DNA from: a virus
Taxonomy: Duplodnaviria > Heunggongvirae > Uroviricota > Caudoviricetes
Strand: one strand, 5' to 3'
Virus record (IMG/VR): IMGVR_UViG_2713896773_000011
Length of the DNA: 5,898 nt
In this document: positions 1 through 5,552 of the stretch, in pieces
Position numbering within the stretch: the first letter of the stretch is position 1
Layout: each line of letters opens with the position of its first letter
Made by a program: the position numbers and the translations under genes
Notes under the pieces: model-generated
Told to the model about the DNA's origin: nothing
Seen by the model: the letters and a program-made list of their open reading frames with translations, nothing else
The model's database searches: none

Positions 1-4
1 AACC

Positions 5-556
5 GTGGGTAAGCATCACTGGAAAGTAGAAAAACAGCCTGAGTGGTACGTGAAAGCTGTCAGAAAAACTATCGCAGCGTTGCCGGGGGGTTACGCTGAA
101 GCTGCTGACTGGCTGGATGTAACAGAGAACGCATTATTTAACCGCCTTCGTGCCGATGGCGATCAGATTTTCCCGCTGGGATGGGCAATGATTTTGCAAC
201 GTGCTGGTGGAACTCACTTCATTGCTGACGCTGTGGCGCAGTCTGCAAATGGCGTCTTTGTGTCTCTTCCTGATGTCGAGGATGTGGACAACGCCGATAT
301 CAACCAACGCCTGCTGGAGGTCATTGAACAGATCGGCAGTTATTCAAAACAGATTCGTTCAGCAATTGAAGACGGTGTAGTGGAACCGCATGAGAAGACA
401 GCAATTAACGACGAGCTGTACCTCTCAATTTCGAAGCTGCAGGAGCATGCAGCACTGGTCTACAAAATTTTTTGCATTTCAGAAAGTAATGACGCCCGCG
501 AGTGTGCAGCTCCGGGCGCCGTGGCGTGTCGTGACTGTGGAGAAACTAACGCATGA
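5..556 (+). CDS. Phage early regulatory protein, CII-like / YmfL-like (tentative); 5' end may lie upstream of the window
   Basis: 183-codon ORF whose frame is open to the window edge; the first start shown is GTG at 5. Stop TGA 554-556 overlaps ATG 553 of the next gene (ATGA coupling). Family assignment is by recalled resemblance to prophage CII-type regulators and is not verified. Confidence 0.55.
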   Translation: MGKHHWKVEKQPEWYVKAVRKTIAALPGGYAEAADWLDVTENALFNRLRADGDQIFPLGWAMILQRAGGTHFIADAVAQSANGVFVSLPDVEDVDNADINQRLLEVIEQIGSYSKQIRSAIEDGVVEPHEKTAINDELYLSISKLQEHAALVYKIFCISESNDARECAAPGAVACRDCGETNA

Positions 557-891
557 ATAGTTTAACAACACACTACCGTCGCTCGCAACTGATTGCGCTT
601 CCTGTACCGGGTGGAAAAGCGAAGGTGGAGTATTGCTATGCAGTTAATGTACCAGGTGACAGGGAAATTGTAACCCACAGCTTTGCTGAGTGGGCTGTGG
701 GTGATTTCAACCGGCAGAAGGAGACAGTCCTTTGCGACAAGTTAACCGCTGGTTCAAAGATCACTACGGAGTGCCCGTCAGAGTCATTCGTTGGGAGCCG
801 GAAACACAACGGGTTATCTACCTCCGCGAAGGCTATGAGCATGAATGCTTCAGTCCGCTCGAACAGTTTCGTCGTAAATTCAGGGAAATAG
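553..891 (+). CDS. Small prophage protein of unknown function (112 aa), possibly YmfM-like
   Basis: ATG 553 overlaps the upstream stop. The ORF ends at TAG 889-891, directly followed by GAGG (891-894) and ATG 901 of the replication gene. Length and position match e14 ymfM by recall only. The C-terminal half is Ser-rich and an alternative frame is also open (see findings). Confidence 0.5.
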   Translation: MNSLTTHYRRSQLIALPVPGGKAKVEYCYAVNVPGDREIVTHSFAEWAVGDFNRQKETVLCDKLTAGSKITTECPSESFVGSRKHNGLSTSAKAMSMNASVRSNSFVVNSGK

Positions 892-900
892 AGGTCGGTC

Positions 901-1842
901 ATGAGCACTAAATTAACCGGCTATGTATGGGATGGTTGCGCAGCGTCAGGCATGAAATTATCCAGCGTGGCAATTATGGCACGCCTGGCTGATTTCAGTA
1001 ATGACGAAGGTGTGTGCTGGCCATCAATTGAAACCATTGCCCGCCAGATTGGCGCGGGGATGAGTACCGTCAGAACGGCTATCGCACGGCTGGAAGCAGA
1101 AGGCTGGTTAACGCGTAAGGCGCGTCGCCAGGGTAACCGCAATGCGTCGAATGTTTATCAGCTTAACGTTGCGAAGCTTCAGGCTGCGGCTTTTTCTCAA
1201 CTGTCAGATTCTGACCCGTCAAAATCTGACGCATCAAAATCTGACCCGTCAAAATTTGATGCGTCGAAATCTGGCAAAAAAGCGGGTTTTCACCCGTCAG
1301 AATCTGGCGGGGATCCGTCAGTAAAATCAAAACATGATCCGTCAGATAAAAAAACTTCTCGTCCGGACGCTTCGCAACCGGACACGCAGAAGGCTGAACA
1401 GGATTTTTTAACTCGCCATCCTGATGCGGTTGTATTCAGCCCTAAAAAGCGCCAGTGGGGGACGCAGGATGATTTGACCTGCGCACAGTGGCTCTGGAAA
1501 AAAATCATCGCCCTGTACGAGCATGCCGCCGAATGTGACGGCGAGGTGGTTCGTCCCAAAGAACCGAACTGGACAGCCTGGGCAAACGAAATTCGCCTGA
1601 TGTGTGTGCAGGATGGTCGTACTCATAAACAAATCTGCGAGATGTACAGCCGCGTCAGCCGCGATCCGTTCTGGTGCCGTAACGTGCTCAGCCCGTCGAA
1701 GCTGCGGGAAAAATGGGATGAGCTTTCCCTGCGCTTATCGCCGTCCGTCAGCACGTACACCGAAAAACGCGAAGACCCGTACTTCAAAGCCAGTTACGAC
1801 AACGTGGACTACAGCCAGATCCCGGCAGGATTCAGGGGGTGA
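901..1842 (+). CDS. Phage replication initiation protein (N-terminal winged-HTH DNA-binding domain, repeat-encoded linker, C-terminal DnaT/primosome-like domain)
   Basis: 313-aa ORF with GAGG 6 nt upstream of ATG 901. The N-terminus (SSVAIMARLADFSNDEGVCWPSIETIARQIGAGMSTVRTAIARLEAEGWL) is typical of HTH replication initiators. The central linker is encoded by tandem 15-bp repeats. The C-terminal region resembles phage replication/primosomal proteins. Confidence 0.85.
   Translation: MSTKLTGYVWDGCAASGMKLSSVAIMARLADFSNDEGVCWPSIETIARQIGAGMSTVRTAIARLEAEGWLTRKARRQGNRNASNVYQLNVAKLQAAAFSQLSDSDPSKSDASKSDPSKFDASKSGKKAGFHPSESGGDPSVKSKHDPSDKKTSRPDASQPDTQKAEQDFLTRHPDAVVFSPKKRQWGTQDDLTCAQWLWKKIIALYEHAAECDGEVVRPKEPNWTAWANEIRLMCVQDGRTHKQICEMYSRVSRDPFWCRNVLSPSKLREKWDELSLRLSPSVSTYTEKREDPYFKASYDNVDYSQIPAGFRG
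1201..1353. repeat. Iteron-like array of 15-bp direct repeats (consensus about CCGTCAAAATCTGAC) inside the replication gene; putative origin of replication
   Basis: Five contiguous in-phase 15-bp units at 1201-1215, 1216-1230, 1231-1245, 1246-1260 and 1261-1275, then degenerate copies starting at 1294, 1315 and 1339, followed by an A7 tract at 1347-1353. They encode DPSKS/DASKS pentapeptide repeats. The arrangement is analogous to lambda ori lying inside gene O. Confidence 0.6.
1834..1839 (+). promoter_or_regulatory. Shine-Dalgarno (AGGGGG) for the PerC-like gene
   Basis: AGGGGG ends 5 nt before ATG 1845. Confidence 0.5.
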
Positions 1843-1844
1843 TC

Positions 1845-2333
1845 ATGAGTCTGTTAAATGACGTTCAGAAATTCATTGAAGCCCATCCGGGGTGTACTTC
1901 CGGAGACATTGCGGATGCTTTTACAGGTTACTCACGGCAGCGCGTTCTGCAGTCAGCAAGCAAGTTACGTCAGAGTGGGCGTGTGGCTCACCGTTGTGAA
2001 GGGGATGCACGCAGACATTTCCCGCGCCAGACAAAGATATCGCCGGAGGCGGAACGGCAACCAGTTCGTGAAACCAGACCTGTGCGCAATTTCTATGTCG
2101 GCACTAACGACCCGCGGGTGATTTTGTGCCTGGCCCGCCAGGCGGAAGAACTGGAGTCCAGGGGCTTATTTCGTCGTGCTGCAACCGTGTGGATGGCGGC
2201 ATTCCGTGAAAGCCACTCCCAGCCAGAACGAAACAATTTTCTGGCACGTCGTGAGCGGTGCTTACGGAAAAGCAGCAAGCGCGCTGCATCGGGTGAAGAG
2301 TGGTATCTGTCAGGGAATTACGTGGGGGCTTAA
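1845..2333 (+). CDS. PerC-family-like transcriptional regulator with an N-terminal winged-helix-like region
   Basis: ORF with ATG 1845 preceded by AGGGGG; the six-frame track starts at GTG 1839. The C-terminal segment LESRGLFRRAATVWMAAF matches the recalled PerC/Pch hallmark (LE..GL.RRAA..W). The stop TAA 2331-2333 overlaps ATG 2333 of the next gene. Confidence 0.55.
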   Translation: MSLLNDVQKFIEAHPGCTSGDIADAFTGYSRQRVLQSASKLRQSGRVAHRCEGDARRHFPRQTKISPEAERQPVRETRPVRNFYVGTNDPRVILCLARQAEELESRGLFRRAATVWMAAFRESHSQPERNNFLARRERCLRKSSKRAASGEEWYLSGNYVGA

Positions 2334-2986
2334 TGAGTAATAAATATTGCCGGGCGCTGGTGGAACTGCGGAACAAACCAGCCCATGAACTGAAGGAAGT
2401 GGGCGATCAGTGGCGCACGCCGGACAACATTTTCTGGGGAATTAACACCCTGTTTGGCCCGTTTGTTCTGGATCTGTTCACTGATGGTGATAACGCTAAA
2501 TGTGCCGCTTATTACACTGCGGAAGACAACGCGCTGGCGCATGACTGGTCAGAACGTCTTGCGGAGCTTAAAGGTGCTGCCTTTGGTAATCCCCCATACA
2601 GCCGCGCCAGTCAGCATGAGGGGCAATACATCACCGGCATGCGTTACATCATGAAACATGCCAGTGCCATGCGTGATAAAGGCGGGCGCTATGTTTTCCT
2701 GATCAAAGCTGCCACCAGCGAAGTGTGGTGGCCGGAAGATGCAGACCATATTGCTTTTATTCGCGGGCGTATTGGTTTTGAACTGCCAGCCTGGTTTATC
2801 CCGAAGGACGAGAAGCAGGTGCCGACAGGAGCTTTCTTCGCTGGTGCTATTGCTGTTTTCGACAAGACCTGGAAGGGACCGGCAATCAGCTACATCGGGC
2901 GCGATGAACTTGAGGCATGTGGTGAGGCGTTTCTGGCGCAGGTTCGCCAGCAGGCGGAAAAACTGGTCAGGGAGATGGCGGCATGA
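2333..2986 (+). CDS. Phage orphan DNA N6-adenine methyltransferase (Dam family)
   Basis: The FGNPPYS motif (catalytic NPPY of N6-adenine methyltransferases) is present along with conserved phage-Dam-like blocks (WRTPDNIFWGINTLFGPFVLDLFTDGDN; RYVFLIKAATSEVWWPED). ATG 2333 overlaps the upstream stop in a TAATG arrangement. The track ORF begins earlier at GTG 2300, but ATG 2333 is the more likely start. Confidence 0.88.
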   Translation: MSNKYCRALVELRNKPAHELKEVGDQWRTPDNIFWGINTLFGPFVLDLFTDGDNAKCAAYYTAEDNALAHDWSERLAELKGAAFGNPPYSRASQHEGQYITGMRYIMKHASAMRDKGGRYVFLIKAATSEVWWPEDADHIAFIRGRIGFELPAWFIPKDEKQVPTGAFFAGAIAVFDKTWKGPAISYIGRDELEACGEAFLAQVRQQAEKLVREMAA

Positions 2987-3093
2987 CGACGTTAACTCAA
3001 TGCCAGCAGCAGGTGCTGGATATGCTGATTTCTTATCAGAAAGAGCGTGGCTTTCCGCCAACCAATCAGGAGGTGGCAACCATGCTGGGATAA
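2983..3093 (+). CDS. 36-aa mini-ORF resembling the N-terminal part of the LexA DNA-binding domain (helices 1-2 only)
   Basis: MTTLTQCQQQVLDMLISYQKERGFPPTNQEVATMLG aligns by eye with the LexA N-terminus ([34 protein letters not shown]) and stops before the recognition helix. ATG 2983 overlaps the Dam stop (ATGA). Confidence 0.4.
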   Translation: MTTLTQCQQQVLDMLISYQKERGFPPTNQEVATMLG

Positions 3094-3098
3094 CCAGC

Positions 3099-3422
3099 AT
3101 GCAAAACAGCAGATCGCACTGGGGTCACAGAGAACCCAGGAAGATATCAAAATGGCTGTTGCGGATGATGATTGTGCTTCACGTGCTGTGCCTGCTGCCG
3201 CTGCTGACCGGTTGCGGAAGTACGCGGACAGTTTACGTGAGCGTTCCGGTGGCACCACTGCCACCCAGCCTGACTTCTGATACTCCTGTACCGTTTATAC
3301 CTAATCCGCTGACGTATGGTGCCAGTCTGGAGCTGAATGTGAGTCTGTTGTCTGCGCTGGCTAACTGCAATCGGGATAAAGCTGATATTCGTAAAATAGA
3401 TGCAGAGAGAACTAACCATTAA
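3099..3422 (+). CDS. Lipoprotein (signal peptide with lipobox LLTG|C; Pro-rich mature region with a second Cys); function unknown, o-spanin-like or exclusion-type
   Basis: Frame open from 2739, but the plausible start is ATG 3099 (alternative ATG 3165). It has a positively charged n-region, a hydrophobic stretch (MMIVLHVLCLLPLLTGC), Gly at +2, a proline-rich segment (VPVAPLPPSLTSDTPVPFIPNP) and a downstream Cys. Confidence 0.6.
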   Translation: MQNSRSHWGHREPRKISKWLLRMMIVLHVLCLLPLLTGCGSTRTVYVSVPVAPLPPSLTSDTPVPFIPNPLTYGASLELNVSLLSALANCNRDKADIRKIDAERTNH

Positions 3423-3443
3423 GCAATAAAATTGTCAAATTAA

Positions 3444-4070
3444 TCAGTTGTCAAATGAATATACGTTAAAGGTATATGTCGACATAATTTCACCAAGTAC
3501 CTCAATACATACACTTTTTTTATGAAAATTACTGGGAAATGAACTTAGCTCCTCAAGACATTGCACATAAGTGCTGATATCACTTGCATCACGTTCAAGG
3601 AATTTCACTTGACCAAAAGAAGGAGTTTTAATCTTGGTTCTTTGCTGGATTATATGGATAAAGTGTGTAGTTGGTGAAACTATTACTCTTGAAATATCGG
3701 AAATGATGTCTTCTTGAACTTGCCGATAAAGTAAATCCTTTGGGTAATGGTGTTTAATCTCGATGGTTGCAACATTGCCATTATGTTCAGACGTTAATAT
3801 CGACTGGTTATAAAGTGATATGTCAACAGCGCCGATACCGAGTTTTGGATGCTCACTTAAAGCAGTTAGTGTGCTGATTTGATTGAGTATAACAACTAAC
3901 TCATCACGTATTTGTGTTTCATGTTTGCGATTGTAGAAGTAGCCATTCAGTTCATTTAACTTTTTATGCATCCTATCGTGACTAATTGCTTCGATCAGTA
4001 AATCCTGAATCATACTTTTCTCTAGGTAATCCGAACGGTTGTAAGTGACAGTATTGTGCTGGCATGTCAT
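3444..4070 (-). CDS. Hypothetical protein (208 aa) with a possible PD-(D/E)xK nuclease-like signature
   Basis: Long ORF in AT-rich DNA, second gene of a minus-strand pair. Candidate motif residues are D56/E57 (RDELVV), D83 (GIGAVDISL) and E104-I-K106 (ATIEIKHH). No good SD precedes ATG 4070; an internal ATG (Met20, about 4013) follows a purine-rich stretch. Confidence 0.6.
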   Translation of the reverse strand: MTCQHNTVTYNRSDYLEKSMIQDLLIEAISHDRMHKKLNELNGYFYNRKHETQIRDELVVILNQISTLTALSEHPKLGIGAVDISLYNQSILTSEHNGNVATIEIKHHYPKDLLYRQVQEDIISDISRVIVSPTTHFIHIIQQRTKIKTPSFGQVKFLERDASDISTYVQCLEELSSFPSNFHKKSVCIEVLGEIMSTYTFNVYSFDN

Positions 4071-4113
4071 TAATATGTAAAGGTATTGTGAATGCCAGAA
4101 AGATAACGAAGTA

Positions 4114-4449
4114 TCATCGATAGAAAAACTTTACAGCCCACTCGTAAACAGCTTTGTAAATCGGTTCATGGTAAATACTATCGATACTATTCAGATGTGC
4201 GATCATCGCCTCCACAGTTGTAGTGGTTGTTTCTAATATTTCGATTATTGCAGGGCGGTCATCATCTTCATCGAAGTATTCGAACAGCAGTACAGGTTTA
4301 CCATGCAATTCAGCATCTGAGACTCTAAGGTTACAACTACCGCTCAACTCAAAGTGAATTTTGTAATTACCTTCTACAGAATGGCCTACGGGGAAAAAGT
4401 ATAGGGTGTCATCTTTGTTCAAAAGCCATTCCCATTCATAACTATTCAT
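4114..4449 (-). CDS. Hypothetical small acidic protein (111 aa from ATG 4449; 117 aa if ATG 4467)
   Basis: First gene of the minus-strand pair. A strong SD (AGGAG, plus-strand coordinates 4457-4461) sits 7 nt upstream of ATG 4449. It contains an acidic run (FEYFDEDDDRP) and a Thr5 tract. I recognise no family. Confidence 0.6.
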   Translation of the reverse strand: MNSYEWEWLLNKDDTLYFFPVGHSVEGNYKIHFELSGSCNLRVSDAELHGKPVLLFEYFDEDDDRPAIIEILETTTTTVEAMIAHLNSIDSIYHEPIYKAVYEWAVKFFYR

Positions 4450-4456
4450 TTGTGAA

Positions 4457-4461
4457 CTCCT
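4457..4461 (-). promoter_or_regulatory. Shine-Dalgarno (AGGAG) for the small minus-strand gene
   Basis: Minus-strand sequence reads ATGAACAGGAGTTCACAAATG; AGGAG is 7 nt upstream of the second ATG. Confidence 0.6.
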
Positions 4462-4536
4462 GTTCATTGAGTTTCAACAACTATCAACTACATCCAGCGA
4501 AGCATAAAAGATCGTTTATGGCAAAACCGGAATGGA

Positions 4537-4974
4537 GTGCGATTCGATTCTGAGAAGGGTGCCACGTACCGACACTGGATGGGAACGGGGACTGTCGGTG
4601 TGATGATTGCCGGCAGTGACCTGATTAATCCCATTCCGGAAGAATCAACGGAAACGGCGGCAAGACAACATATCGGGCCACTGGCCCCGGTGGCAGGCTC
4701 TGATTTGTATGTATTCAGGCCGGTGGCGCATAAAGTGGATTTTCATATCCGTGTGACGCCGGACACACCGGAAATACGGGCTGCCATCACCGCCGAGTTG
4801 CGTTCGTTCCTGCTGCGTGATGGTTATCCGCAGGGAGAACTGAAGGTGTCACGTATCAGTGAAGCGATTTCCGGTGCGAACGGGGAATACAGCCATCAGT
4901 TGCTTGCACCGGCGGACAATATCTCCATTGCAAAAAATGAACTGGCGGTACTGGGGACGATTTCATGGACGTGA
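4537..4974 (+). pseudogene. Baseplate assembly protein J-like (P2 gpJ / Mu gp47 family), C-terminal fragment only
   Basis: About 145 codons ending ...AVLGTISWT, against roughly 300 aa expected for J-family proteins. The frame is open back to 4471 with no ATG and no SD, starting at the edge of the low-GC segment. It is followed by an I-like gene and a tail fiber gene in the canonical J-I-H order. Similar to the e14 jayE remnant by recall. Confidence 0.65.
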
Positions 4975-5549
4975 CAAACGATGATTACATCCGTCTGTTG
5001 TCGGCACTGTTGCCGCCCGGTCCGGCGTGGTCAGCCAGAGATCCGGCGATTGCCGGTGCGGCACCGTCATTAACCCGCGTTCATCAGCGTGCGGATGCCC
5101 TGATGCGGGAGCTGGATCCGCGCACCACTACTGAACTGATAAACCGCTGGGAGCGTCTGTGCGGTCTGCCGGATGAATGTATTCCCGCAGGGACACAGAC
5201 CCTTCGCCAGCGTCAGCAACGACTGGATGCGAAGGTTAACCTGGCGGGCGGCATCAATGAGGATTTTTACCTTGCACAGCTTGCTGCCCTGGGCAGACCA
5301 GACGCTACCATCACGCGATACGACAAAAGCACGTTCACCTGCTCATCTGCCTGTACTGACGCGGTGAATGCGCCGGAATGGCGGTATTACTGGCAGGTCA
5401 ACATGCCAGTCGCCACCAACACCACCTGGATGACATGTGGCGATCCCTGTGATTCCGCGCTGCGCTTCTGGGGGGACACCGTTGTCGAGTGTGTGCTTAA
5501 CAAACTCTGCCCGTCGCATACCTATGTGATTTTTAAATATCCGGAGTAA
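4965..5549 (+). CDS. Phage tail/baseplate protein I-like (YmfQ / DUF2313, Mu gp48-like)
   Basis: 194-aa ORF whose ATG 4965 overlaps the upstream gene end (ATGGACGTGA). The N-terminal LLPPGPAW motif and the position between the J-like gene and the tail fiber gene support the call. Confidence 0.8.
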   Translation: MDVTNDDYIRLLSALLPPGPAWSARDPAIAGAAPSLTRVHQRADALMRELDPRTTTELINRWERLCGLPDECIPAGTQTLRQRQQRLDAKVNLAGGINEDFYLAQLAALGRPDATITRYDKSTFTCSSACTDAVNAPEWRYYWQVNMPVATNTTWMTCGDPCDSALRFWGDTVVECVLNKLCPSHTYVIFKYPE

Positions 5550-5552
5550 TCC

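Larger units (their letters stand above)
3423..4510. other. Low-GC segment (compositional island) carrying two reverse-strand genes
   Basis: Hand count gives about 30% GC in 3481-3540 versus about 65% in 5041-5100. Gene orientation switches to the minus strand here only. The segment is flanked by a lipoprotein gene stop (3422) and a 5'-truncated baseplate gene. The right boundary is approximate. Confidence 0.7.

Noticed and set aside
636-908. 90-aa reverse-strand ORF
   Set aside because: Entirely antisense to the forward early gene within a coupled operon; no RBS or family resemblance. Likely a spurious open frame.
1201-1353. Tandem repeats considered as a CRISPR array or VNTR
   Set aside because: The repeats are contiguous with no unique spacers, are in-frame coding, and lie within a replication initiator gene. 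An iteron origin is the better explanation.
921-1861. Several short ORFs on both strands inside the replication gene (921-1142 minus, 1142-1324 plus, 1290-1559 minus, 1408-1632 minus, 1604-1861 plus)
   Set aside because: They overlap a well-supported 313-aa gene. The repeat-rich iteron region generates open frames artifactually, and their translations are low-complexity.
2739-3098. 5' extension of the lipoprotein frame (the 227-aa track ORF)
   Set aside because: The upstream part overlaps the Dam and LexA-like ORFs out of frame and has an Arg-rich off-frame character. The lipoprotein signal peptide starts near 3099 or 3165, so only the 3' third is called.
1858-3100. Overlapping ORFs in alternative frames or antisense to the PerC-like and Dam genes (1858-2121, 2093-2278, 2104-2376, 2330-2542, 2454-2654, 2549-3100)
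   Set aside because: They sit within confidently called genes (the Dam motif is unambiguous); their translations are Arg/Ser-rich junk typical of off-frame reads.
2992-3419. ORFs 2992-3264 (minus), 3047-3280 (plus) and 3147-3419 (minus); also considered as a possible embedded Rz-type i-spanin partner for the lipoprotein
   Set aside because: None has a transmembrane N-terminus or coiled-coil character; they overlap the lipoprotein gene and look like chance frames.
3433-3456. 9-bp direct repeat TTGTCAAAT (3433-3441 and 3448-3456) at the left edge of the low-GC segment
   Set aside because: Both copies lie at the same end, so it is not a flanking target-site duplication. It is short, in AT-rich DNA, and consistent with chance.
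4471-4536. Promoter for the minus-strand cassette (candidate -10 GATAGT and short CAACTA direct repeats)
   Set aside because: No convincing -35/-10 pair with proper spacing could be identified by eye, so this was left uncalled.
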